From a virus (lineage: Duplodnaviria; Caudoviricetes), in IMG/VR virus record IMGVR_UViG_3300019884_000083, positions 1 to 56,443 of that record: DNA of 56,443 bases. One strand, 5' to 3'. Positions 45,782-53,259 of the stretch are shown here, piece after piece. Under the pieces are notes generated by a model that searched no databases, was not told the DNA's origin, and worked only from the letters and a program-made list of their open reading frames with translations. A program made the translations under genes and the position numbers. Every line of letters starts with the position of its first letter. Positions within the stretch are counted from its first letter, which is position 1.

Positions 45782-45836
45782 ACCTCTCTCACTTAGGTTC
45801 AACTTCTAACTACAATCCTACCTTACGAAGCTGCAG
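45782..45836 (-). promoter_or_regulatory. Early promoter cassette: CTGCAG, GG-TAGGAT (-10), AGTGAGAG hairpin
   Basis: CTGCAG at 45831-36, -10 at 45815-20, loop at 45786-93 with ACCT/AGGT stem. Confidence 0.6.
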
Positions 45837-45846
45837 ACGGAAAGGA

Positions 45847-45880
45847 AGGAGGGGGAGGACTCTCACCCCCTCCCCCTCCT
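45847..45880 (-). terminator. Intrinsic terminator with GGTGAGAG loop
   Basis: AGGAGGGGGAGG / CCTCCCCCTCCT stem, followed by TCCTTT on the minus strand. Confidence 0.7.
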
Positions 45881-45886
45881 CAAGTC

Positions 45887-46444
45887 TCAGGCCACCCGGA
45901 GCTTCCGGACCGGTGCCTTCACCTTCGCGGCTGCCCGGCGTGCCCGCTCCTTCTCGTTCCGCTCCGCGCGCTTCGCAGCTTCCTCCGCCTCGAGGGCCAG
46001 CTGGATCTTCACAGCTTCCTCTGCTGCCTTCGCGGCCTTCAGCTCAGCTGCCGCCCGCAGATCCACTTCGCGGCCTTCGATCTGGTCCTTCAGCCACTCG
46101 GCAAGGACGAAGCAGCTCACCAGCGCCACTCCGAAGAGGACACCATAGAGGCTATTCGCGGCAATCACGTTCATCGTCAGGCTAAAAGCGCCCATCACAC
46201 ACTGGAGTATGAAGCCAATCTTGTTGGTCCGCTTGCTAAAGTCATCACTCCGCATCACCATTCCGATGATGGCCAGTCCGTCGATCATGAACGGAGCGGC
46301 AAGGGCCTCCACACCCTGCCCGCCCAGCTTCTCAGCAGCTGTCACGATGTGAGCGAAGCTACCGGCGAGAGCGCCGACGAAGTACGCCTTCACGATCGTC
46401 TTGACGATCCGGACCTTCTTGCTGGGCTTCTGGATCTCGTTCAT
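45887..46444 (-). CDS. Four-TM membrane protein with coiled-coil tail (DUF2637-like)
   Basis: Start MNEIQ. GSFAHI...APFMIDGLAI...SLTMNV, then an A/E/K/R tail. Upstream GG-TACAGT -10 at 46489-94. Confidence 0.7.
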   Translation of the reverse strand: MNEIQKPSKKVRIVKTIVKAYFVGALAGSFAHIVTAAEKLGGQGVEALAAPFMIDGLAIIGMVMRSDDFSKRTNKIGFILQCVMGAFSLTMNVIAANSLYGVLFGVALVSCFVLAEWLKDQIEGREVDLRAAAELKAAKAAEEAVKIQLALEAEEAAKRAERNEKERARRAAAKVKAPVRKLRVA

Positions 46445-46769
46445 CTCGGGTTTCCCTTCCCTATCCCCATCTTGCCCTTCCATCAACAACTGTACCCTAT
46501 GCAGATGGAACTGCAAAACAGAAATGGGAAGTTTTTCAAGATTCTTTTGTCAATTCAATTCTTTTACGGAAAGCGCTTTCCCATCCTAATCCCATCGATA
46601 CGATGACCCCACACGAGCAGCGCTTTCTTCCCTTTGATGGCTTATTCAATTCCCAGTTCCCATCCTCCGGATGGGCGCATATCCGGGACTTCACAGCCGC
46701 TCCCCCAGTGCCCATCCAAGGAACACTGCAACGGCGATCAGCACCGTAACCAGGAACCTTAGCATGAAG

Positions 46770-47051
46770 TTACGCATCCGTACCCTCTTCCCAATTCTTT
46801 TGTTCTGCAGATACGTCCGAAAAGAATTTGCTATCATACTTTTGGTTAGATTCTTCGGCAATCCGGTTTTCATCGGTCGTCCCCATCGAGTGCGCGATGT
46901 CCGCCCCCAGCCGGGTTCCATCGGTAGAGAAGCGGAGGCAGGGCTCGCCACCCTGCCCCCACTGGCATGACGGGTCATGCTCGTGCTTCACTTGTGCTTC
47001 CTCATATTCCATAGGGTCAGCCAGATAAGCCCTCCTACGACCAGAACGCAA
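46770..47051 (-). CDS. Hypothetical protein
   Basis: HEHDPSCQWGQGGEPC...AHSM. Probable start MEYEE. Confidence 0.5.
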   Translation of the reverse strand: MRSGRRRAYLADPMEYEEAQVKHEHDPSCQWGQGGEPCLRFSTDGTRLGADIAHSMGTTDENRIAEESNQKYDSKFFSDVSAEQKNWEEGTDA

Positions 47052-47150
47052 ACAGCAAGCCCGGGAAGATTAAGTTCCCGAGACATAGCTCCAATATCAC
47101 CCATTATGCCGAAACCTCCCAACAATTACGCCACGGATCGTACTTGTGTT

Positions 47151-47261
47151 TCATTTGCGTCGCTCCGAGTCCAGCATGCACAGGGCGATAAACGCCAGCA
47201 AAAACAGGGCAACATACCCAAGATCAGAAAGATCCAGTTCTCCAGGTGGCAGGGCCTTCAT
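47151..47261 (-). CDS. Single-TM microprotein
   Basis: 36 aa MKALPPGELDLSDLGYVALFLLAFIALCMLDSERRK. Overlaps the upstream stop. Confidence 0.45.
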   Translation of the reverse strand: MKALPPGELDLSDLGYVALFLLAFIALCMLDSERRK

Positions 47262-48244
47262 CAAGACATAACCTCTTCCAACTTTGGCCCTTTCTTGCCG
47301 CCGCTACCAACCTTAGTAAGGGCAGAGAGCCTGAAGGCACGAAAACCAGTTTGGGGGCAACAAAACCAAAGCACGCGTTCGCCGCTCTGGGACTCTCGAA
47401 GCTCGACCGGCTGACGTCCTCCCGGGACCCCAACGATAGCCGATTCCTCGGTCTCCCGGTACTGGTTGTGCCAGGCCACAGCCTTACCTACTAGGGCTGC
47501 TAGCACCTCCTCATCAGTCGCTAGATTTACGTCGAAAGGCAGTCGGGAACGCTTCGGCTCCGTGGCGCGCTTGCGGAAGTATCGATTGTTGGAAACCTTA
47601 TCCAGTTCCCTGATGCCCTCTTCCGGCTTGCGGGCTGCATACTGCTTGACGGCGCTGGCATTCCGGAGCTTGATGGTGCGATCGGCAATCGTGTACGACG
47701 GCATAGGTTCAATCGTAAGCACACCCTTAGTCCACGAGATCCACAGAACCTCATCTCCCCGCTTCCCGGTAAGCTCCCACACGTCCTCGGTGCTCTCCGT
47801 GCCCTCTGCAAGGATTAGCAAGGTGCTCCAGCCGTGCTGCGTCATCGCCTCGCAGACCGGTGCAGCCTTCGCGCAGGACTTGGAATCCTCTGGCAGCTTA
47901 TCAACCGCGTCCTCCGCCGCGCGCTTCTGCCGCTTCTTCTCCTGTGCGACTGCGATCCGGTCCTCACGGGTCTCCGTCGCCTCGGCACGCGACTCGCGCT
48001 CCTTCCGGAGGATGACCTCCAGGAGCTTGCCCTTTGGGCAATCGTTCGCGGACTTCTGTCCGAACCTCTCCAGCAGTGCCTTGCGCAGCTGTGGCTGGTT
48101 CATCTGACCGTACCTCTGCGCGTACTCCGGCACATCAACCTTCTCCACGCCGCCCTTGGGCGGGAGCGGAGTCTTCTGCGCGTGTTTGGTACGCTTCTCC
48201 GCAGCAGCTTTGCGGAGTCCTGCCTTGTTAGCCGTGGTAGTCAT
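47261..48244 (-). CDS. Hypothetical basic protein with C-terminal WYL/SH3-like motif
   Basis: 327 aa with a K-rich N-terminus. C-terminal RVLWFCCPQTGFRAFRLSALTKV. Confidence 0.6.
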   Translation of the reverse strand: MTTTANKAGLRKAAAEKRTKHAQKTPLPPKGGVEKVDVPEYAQRYGQMNQPQLRKALLERFGQKSANDCPKGKLLEVILRKERESRAEATETREDRIAVAQEKKRQKRAAEDAVDKLPEDSKSCAKAAPVCEAMTQHGWSTLLILAEGTESTEDVWELTGKRGDEVLWISWTKGVLTIEPMPSYTIADRTIKLRNASAVKQYAARKPEEGIRELDKVSNNRYFRKRATEPKRSRLPFDVNLATDEEVLAALVGKAVAWHNQYRETEESAIVGVPGGRQPVELRESQSGERVLWFCCPQTGFRAFRLSALTKVGSGGKKGPKLEEVMS

Positions 48245-48265
48245 TCCCCTTGCCCCTTCTCTCTT

Positions 48266-48355
48266 TTAGCCGATCCAAATCCATGCGATCCGAACTGCAG
48301 CGGCCAGCAATACCATTACCGTCACGCCCCAAGTGGACTCAAAGATCTTTCCCAT
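48266..48355 (-). CDS. Single-TM microprotein
   Basis: 29 aa MGKIFESTWGVTVMVLLAAAVRIAWIWIG, GGGAGG RBS. Confidence 0.45.
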   Translation of the reverse strand: MGKIFESTWGVTVMVLLAAAVRIAWIWIG

Positions 48356-48435
48356 TACCCTCCCCCTTCTCTCCTTCCGCAATCTAAGTCCCCTGGGCGG
48401 TGCCGGTCCCCCGTACCCGGCGCCACCCTCCGGCC

Positions 48436-48546
48436 TCAGAACTTGACGAAGAAGCCCTCAATCCCGCCCGGCGTGACTGCGGCCGTGATAGCTGCGAGGA
48501 TGTACGCCACCAGGATGGCGCAAAAGATAGCCATAGCCTTCTTCAT
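48436..48546 (-). CDS. Single-TM microprotein
   Basis: 36 aa MKKAMAIFCAILVAYILAAITAAVTPGGIEGFFVKF, GGGGAG RBS. Confidence 0.55.
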   Translation of the reverse strand: MKKAMAIFCAILVAYILAAITAAVTPGGIEGFFVKF

Positions 48547-48562
48547 TTTTCTCCCCTTTCCC

Positions 48563-48766
48563 TTACTGGTTGATGTCCACTGATGGAACGTCTACACTAG
48601 GATCCTGAAGCCAGTCCACGAAAGCGTGCCCCGGACCGCTGTCCAGCCACCAGATAAACCCCAGAATGGAGCCTATACCGAATAGCAACGACCATCCCTT
48701 CTTCCCAGCTTTCCCGGCGATTATTGAACACACCGCCGCAAGTACGATGATGATGAATATCCCCAT
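48563..48766 (-). CDS. Two-TM small membrane protein
   Basis: Start MGIFII, two hydrophobic segments. Confidence 0.6.
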   Translation of the reverse strand: MGIFIIIVLAAVCSIIAGKAGKKGWSLLFGIGSILGFIWWLDSGPGHAFVDWLQDPSVDVPSVDINQ

Positions 48767-48853
48767 CGATTCCCTTCCTAGCCACCCCACCCTGAGGTGC
48801 CTGGGCGTGGCTCCGAGCTACCCGCACCATAGCTCGGCTCCCGCCCCCCGGCC

Positions 48854-49012
48854 TCAGTTCACCAGAGAGGAAAAGAATCCACCTACCCCCTCCGAAACGG
48901 CAACAGCCGTATTCCCTAGTGTCCTAGCAACCTCTGCAGCCATATCTGACCGGAAAGCCACGAAAAACACCAGAAAGGCAATGATGCCCCACGTAAGGAT
49001 TTTCTTAAGCAT
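48854..49012 (-). CDS. Small membrane protein
   Basis: 52 aa MLKKILTWGIIAFLVFFVAFRSDMAAEVARTLGNTAVAVSEGVGGFFSSLVN. Confidence 0.6.
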   Translation of the reverse strand: MLKKILTWGIIAFLVFFVAFRSDMAAEVARTLGNTAVAVSEGVGGFFSSLVN

Positions 49013-49040
49013 TTCCCTTACCCCCTCAACAATAGTTGGA

Positions 49041-49259
49041 TTATTCAGTTCCGCCCAGGGTCTGGTGGAACCAGACCAGGAACTTATCCACCAAATCGGC
49101 CGGGCCGCTCACCTCAGCCCGGGGGTGCCCGTTCCCGTCCAGCCCCTCAAGGACTCGACTGGCTAGGCCGGGGAATCCCTCAACGGTCTCGGCCAAAGCC
49201 TCCTCCGCAGTCTCGCCCGGGTAGACCACGAAGCTAATCTCTGCGGTCTTCTCGCTCAT
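49041..49259 (-). CDS. Hypothetical protein
   Basis: 72 aa with GGAG RBS directly after an AGUGAGAG hairpin. Confidence 0.65.
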   Translation of the reverse strand: MSEKTAEISFVVYPGETAEEALAETVEGFPGLASRVLEGLDGNGHPRAEVSGPADLVDKFLVWFHQTLGGTE

Positions 49260-49356
49260 CTCCAGCCCCTCTCACTAGGCTAACTGCAGGAAACTCTACT
49301 CCAGCAGCAATCAAGAACGGAAGAGAGAGGGGCCAAAAACCCTCCCCTATTCACTT

Positions 49357-49488
49357 TCACTTGGAGATCTCGGCAGAGTACTCATCTTCCTCGGCCCAGC
49401 AGGCGTCCCACTCGGCGTCAGTCTCGTGGTGACCGTAGCACATCTCGCACTGCTCGTCGATCTGCTCGTAACGCTTCTCGTTTCCCAT
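49357..49488 (-). CDS. Small acidic Cys/His protein
   Basis: 43 aa MGNEKRYEQIDEQCEMCYGHHETDAEWDACWAEEDEYSAEISK, after a -10 (TAATAT at 49530-35) and an AGUGAGAG hairpin. Confidence 0.55.
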   Translation of the reverse strand: MGNEKRYEQIDEQCEMCYGHHETDAEWDACWAEEDEYSAEISK

Positions 49489-49586
49489 TTCTTAGCCTCT
49501 CTCACTAGGCTTTCCCTTACCTGACAACAATATTACCCTAAGATGGGGGCTTACGTCTACAAAAATCTTGGGGGAGGGCCGAAGCC

Positions 49587-50264
49587 CTACTTGGAGTAGA
49601 TCAAGCGAAGTGCCTCCGCCACGTTCCGCACCTTGGAGGATTTACCGTTCTTGGTGAACCGAGCCTCAGCGTAATCGTAGCGACCTTCAGCATCCCAGGC
49701 GAGATGGAGCGTAGCGTGCCCGAGGTCAATATCCAGTATCGCCGCACCCAGTCCCAGGATCTGTAGCTTAGCGCGCTTCTCGCCTACGTTCGCCGCACGA
49801 AGGACAACATGAGCCTTAAGCTCGCCCGGTGCCCGGAGCGGCACGTTGATCTTCTGACCCTTCCGGCTGATGCGCTCGCCGGTCGTGGCGGTGCGGGTCT
49901 TGGCGACCTTCAGCGCCTCGTTCAACTCCGGGTGGCAAATCCAGCATCCATCCTGCTCAAGCCGGATTGCATCAAGGATCATCCCGCGCAGTTCTGCACT
50001 CTTGTGCTTCGCGGCGTTCTTGATCCCGGCCTTCGGAGCGAGCTTCCGCAGCTCCACAGCCCCGGTCACGAAGACCTTGGCGCCGGTACGGTCACGGGTA
50101 AACTCATTGACCTTCGCCCCAAGCACGGTCAGCACGTCATGCGCTCCGTCGCTGTGCGTGTTCTCCCATCCGCCCTCCACGTAGCACGGCATGCAGGCGT
50201 CCTGGATACCGGCGTTCGGGTCTTCCGGGCGATTGTTGCAGATGTTGCAGATCTTCTTGGCCAT
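49587..50264 (-). CDS. Zinc-binding hypothetical protein
   Basis: Start MAKKICNIC. CMPC...WENTHSD...H...CWICHP. Confidence 0.7.
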   Translation of the reverse strand: MAKKICNICNNRPEDPNAGIQDACMPCYVEGGWENTHSDGAHDVLTVLGAKVNEFTRDRTGAKVFVTGAVELRKLAPKAGIKNAAKHKSAELRGMILDAIRLEQDGCWICHPELNEALKVAKTRTATTGERISRKGQKINVPLRAPGELKAHVVLRAANVGEKRAKLQILGLGAAILDIDLGHATLHLAWDAEGRYDYAEARFTKNGKSSKVRNVAEALRLIYSK

Positions 50265-50568
50265 TTCCCTCACCGCTCTCACTCGGTCGGTCTTGCTTAC
50301 AACTACATCCTACCCCATCATTCTGCAGATGGCGACTCGATTGCAAAGATTTTTTCCCAAACCTCTCCGCCAGCAGAAAAGAAAGATAGAGAGCAAAGAA
50401 GCTAATTCCCCAAGCAGATATCCCGCTCTGTGCGGTCTGCCATCCAAACCAGATCCAGCCTAGCTGCGCGAAGATACCAACCCGGTATCCTAGGCTGGGG
50501 CGGTACCTCATCAAAGCTACGGTCAACAATCCTAGGATGGTGAGTCCCCACGGCACCAATTGTATCAT
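50137..50568 (-). CDS. Small multi-TM membrane protein (3' extent uncertain)
   Basis: Start MIQLVPWG with GGGGAG RBS and three hydrophobic segments. The frame then runs through the next promoter. Confidence 0.45.
   Translation of the reverse strand: MIQLVPWGLTILGLLTVALMRYRPSLGYRVGIFAQLGWIWFGWQTAQSGISAWGISFFALYLSFLLAERFGKKSLQSSRHLQNDGVGCSCKQDRPSESGEGNGQEDLQHLQQSPGRPERRYPGRLHAVLRGGRMGEHAQRRSA
50272..50328 (-). promoter_or_regulatory. Early promoter cassette (near-duplicate of 52090-52136)
   Basis: CTGCAG at 50323-28, GGGG-TAGGAT at 50307-12, GTAG..TTGTAAGCAA, ACCG-AGTGAGAG-CGGT hairpin. Confidence 0.65.
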
Positions 50569-50641
50569 ATCGATTCTCCCCAGGCTCTCACGCGGCAGCG
50601 AGCGCCCACGACTCAAAGTCTATGAGCGCCCACGCCTTCCT

Positions 50642-51691
50642 TTAGTTGCCTAGTGCGATGGCGGTCCCACTAGGGCTTCCGGGCTCGTACGGTGCCTCGA
50701 CTCGCCGTGCGGGCTCGGTAGTTCTTTCAATCTGGATCTTATCGGCTGCCGCCCGGCCAGCTGCAGATCCACGAACTGCTGCCTCTGAATTATGGCGTCG
50801 ATCATATGCATCTTGGTCGGCCTTGGTCCACTTGCGCTCCTTTGGCTTCGGCAGGTTGCCAACATCCTCTCGGAAGCGCTCCGCAGCTACCCGGCGAGCA
50901 TCGGGGTGAGCATCGGGGAAACGGTCCCAGAACGCTTCCTTCACCCGGTCTTCGCGGCCCTTCAGAACCAAAGCACCACCCTGGGAATCCACGGCGTCTC
51001 GAGCGGTCCGCAGACGTTCCGCAAACCGATAGCCAAAGAACTCCGCGTACTTCTCGCGGTATACGATTTTGTTGATGCCCTTTCCGGCCACGATTGGATC
51101 CTCGTCACGCTCACGGCAGGCTGCAGCGTAAAGCTTTCCCACCCGTGCGTGCGCGCTATGACCGGCCCTACCAAGATCAGATCCCCATAGCAGGAAAGCG
51201 ATACGATTCCGCTCTAGGCCAGAGTTGCGGAGTCGATACACATTCTCTTGATCTGACAGATCTGGATTCACTTTTGGCTCGAGCTGGCCTACCATCGTCA
51301 TCCAAGCCGACTGGTACAGCCCCTCAACAAGTCGAATATCCGACGCGTACCCAACGGCCGTCACGAAAATGTCGTCCCCCACAAGCTTCGACCGATAGAG
51401 CACTCCGAAGTGGTTGCAGGCCCATCCCCAAAGTCGCAGATGCTCCTGGTAAAATTGGGAAGCGTACGTGCTGACCTTGATGTCGCGAACTACTGGCAGA
51501 ATGGAGCTCGAGTCTTGGGCGATAAGGGATTCTTCGGCCAGCTGATACTTGCGCCTAAGCTCCTCCGCCTTCGTGTGGAGGGATGCTGCTTCCTCGGGGA
51601 ACTCGGTGCTCTCAGCCTTCGCTAGCAAGCCACGGATACGTGCTGCCATTTTCTCCAGCGTCTCGGCGCTGAAGCTCGCGCTCTCACTCAC
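50642..51691 (-). CDS. DUF2786-domain protein
   Basis: RIRGLLAKAESTEFPEEAASLHTKAEELRRKYQL N-terminal motif, VGYASDI and GRAAAD. Confidence 0.75.
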   Translation of the reverse strand: MSESASFSAETLEKMAARIRGLLAKAESTEFPEEAASLHTKAEELRRKYQLAEESLIAQDSSSILPVVRDIKVSTYASQFYQEHLRLWGWACNHFGVLYRSKLVGDDIFVTAVGYASDIRLVEGLYQSAWMTMVGQLEPKVNPDLSDQENVYRLRNSGLERNRIAFLLWGSDLGRAGHSAHARVGKLYAAACRERDEDPIVAGKGINKIVYREKYAEFFGYRFAERLRTARDAVDSQGGALVLKGREDRVKEAFWDRFPDAHPDARRVAAERFREDVGNLPKPKERKWTKADQDAYDRRHNSEAAVRGSAAGRAAADKIQIERTTEPARRVEAPYEPGSPSGTAIALGN

Positions 51692-51718
51692 GAGTCTTCC
51701 CTTCTCTTGAGGCTATAG

Positions 51719-51797
51719 CGGACGGGCTTTCCTCCCCAACACCCGGATGCGAGACGAGATGGCTTGCGACCATCCCCGCAACGCTGGTACCCGTCCG
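51719..51797 (-). ncRNA. Predicted long irregular hairpin RNA downstream of tRNA-like element 2
   Basis: Nested stems CGGACGGG/CCCGUCCG, CCAGCG/UGUUGG, UGCG/CGCA and GGGAUGG/CCAUCUC, capped by a C-GCAA-G tetraloop. Confidence 0.4.
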
Positions 51798-51809
51798 GTT
51801 GGTCCTCCG

Positions 51810-51881
51810 CTCCCCTGCTAGGTATCGAACCTAGCTCCTGCCCTCGGCCGAGGAAGCAGGCGAGCCCATGCTCACAGGGGA
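51810..51881 (-). ncRNA. tRNA-like RNA 2 (no anticodon loop)
   Basis: TCCCCTG T GAGC ATGG GCTC G CCTGC TTCCTCGGCCGAGG GCAGG AG CTAGG TTCGATA CCTAG CAGGGGA G. Perfect acceptor and T arms, minimal D arm. Confidence 0.7.
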
Positions 51882-51927
51882 ATCAGGCCGGGGGAACTTC
51901 TTCGAGCGGTCCGCACCCGGCTTTCAT

Positions 51928-52080
51928 TCAGTTCTTGGCCTCGACGTCGCCACCCCAAGCGTCCTCACCAGCGGTGTTCAGCTCAGCAATGCGATTCTCG
52001 TAAGAAGCCTCGCTCAGATATACCCCATCCAGGTTAGCATCGCCATCGCGAGTACCCGTCCAAACAACCCATACCTTCAT
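51928..52080 (-). CDS. Small hypothetical protein
   Basis: 50 aa MKVWVVWTGTRDGDANLDGVYLSEASYENR..., AAGGA RBS directly after an AGUGAGAG hairpin. Confidence 0.6.
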   Translation of the reverse strand: MKVWVVWTGTRDGDANLDGVYLSEASYENRIAELNTAGEDAWGGDVEAKN

Positions 52081-52089
52081 TTTCCTTCT

Positions 52090-52136
52090 CCGCTCTCACT
52101 CGGTTGCTTACAATCTACATACTACCCCAACTGCAG
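52090..52136 (-). promoter_or_regulatory. Early promoter cassette
   Basis: CTGCAG at 52131-36, GGGG-TAGTAT at 52119-24, CCG-AGTGAGAG-CGG hairpin. Confidence 0.65.
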
Positions 52137-52161
52137 TCGGAAGGGAAGCCCAACTCCAAAA

Positions 52162-52572
52162 TTATCCCTCGCAGATCAGGCTACCTGCGCCTTGCAGTTC
52201 TTTCTGGGTACCCCTCCGAGCTGGCCGGTCCACTCGACACTTAAGGTTTCCCTTATTCGGCATCTTCGACATCATCGGTTGGTTAAAGCGCGCCACCACG
52301 ACGGCTCCGCGAGGAACGATGAAGGTCATGATCCAAGGAGAGGTCACCAGCTCATCCTCCCAGATCATCGCGCCCTCGGCAAAGACCTTCACGTTGATCG
52401 GATAGGTCCCGCGCTCCGGGTAAAACTGCGCGTGAACCGTTACATTTTCGTTAACATCACTTCTTGGGTCCGGACGTCCCCACTCGTCGTATCCACCGAA
52501 AGCGATTGCGGCCACCACGACCACAATCGCTATCGTCCAGAATCCGACTTTTACCGGGGTCAGCAGATTCAT
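52162..52572 (-). CDS. Membrane-anchored MmpS-like beta protein
   Basis: Start MNLLTP (ATGA overlap). TM helix, then TSPWIMTF...LKCRVD...LIC. Confidence 0.5.
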   Translation of the reverse strand: MNLLTPVKVGFWTIAIVVVVAAIAFGGYDEWGRPDPRSDVNENVTVHAQFYPERGTYPINVKVFAEGAMIWEDELVTSPWIMTFIVPRGAVVVARFNQPMMSKMPNKGNLKCRVDRPARRGTQKELQGAGSLICEG

Positions 52573-53186
52573 GCCCAGTTTACCTTCTTTGCACATACCG
52601 GTCCCATAGCGCGCTCGATACTCTCCTCGCGAGTAAGGGTCAGACCGCAACGGACGCAAACCCCATAGAGGGCACCATATTGCTTGGCCTCCTCGAGAGT
52701 CATCCGCATCGAAGCGGTCAACCTACGAAGCGGAGCCTTCCCCATATAGATGAAATCCGCCTTTACCTCAATCTCCTTGCCCCGGCTGATCTTTGTGTAC
52801 GGATCGGCCAGCATGACGAGCTTCTTCGTCACCTGCTGATTGGCACCGTGAACAGTGTGATAGACCTTGAAGATTTCACCCGTTTGGGGGATTCTGTACA
52901 CTCCGTCTTCAGTGACCGGACTCGTCACACTGCAGGGGGTTGGCTCGTTCTCCCAACGGTCCCGGGCAGCCCCAAAAGAAAGGGCTCCGGTCCGCACCTC
53001 GTGGGCCTCTTGTGCCCGAGCGTCCTCATATCCGCGCTCCTCGAAGAAACGCTCAGTCGCTCGCTCGGCCTCATGCTCCTGCCGGTTACCGGCCTCATCG
53101 GCATAGCATCGCCGAACTTCATCAACACTGCTGTGCCGGTCGTGACAACTGCCGCACTTGATGCTTGGCCTGGTCATCGTACTCAT
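52569..53186 (-). CDS. Zinc-finger protein (C-terminal DUF6011-like)
   Basis: CGSCHDRH...C, EDGVYR...IFKV and GVCVRCGLTLTREESIERAMGPVC. GAGGAGG RBS. Confidence 0.7.
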   Translation of the reverse strand: MSTMTRPSIKCGSCHDRHSSVDEVRRCYADEAGNRQEHEAERATERFFEERGYEDARAQEAHEVRTGALSFGAARDRWENEPTPCSVTSPVTEDGVYRIPQTGEIFKVYHTVHGANQQVTKKLVMLADPYTKISRGKEIEVKADFIYMGKAPLRRLTASMRMTLEEAKQYGALYGVCVRCGLTLTREESIERAMGPVCAKKVNWA

Positions 53187-53197
53187 CGGGCACCTCC

Positions 53198-53249
53198 TCG
53201 GTTCTCTCACTCACCCGAACAGCACCAATCTTACGCCATGAATCTGCAG
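53198..53249 (-). promoter_or_regulatory. First early promoter cassette
   Basis: CTGCAG at 53244-49, TAAGAT at 53228-33, AGTGAGAG at 53204-11 within a TCGG/CCGA stem. Confidence 0.6.
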
Positions 53250-53259
53250 AAGGAAAGGG

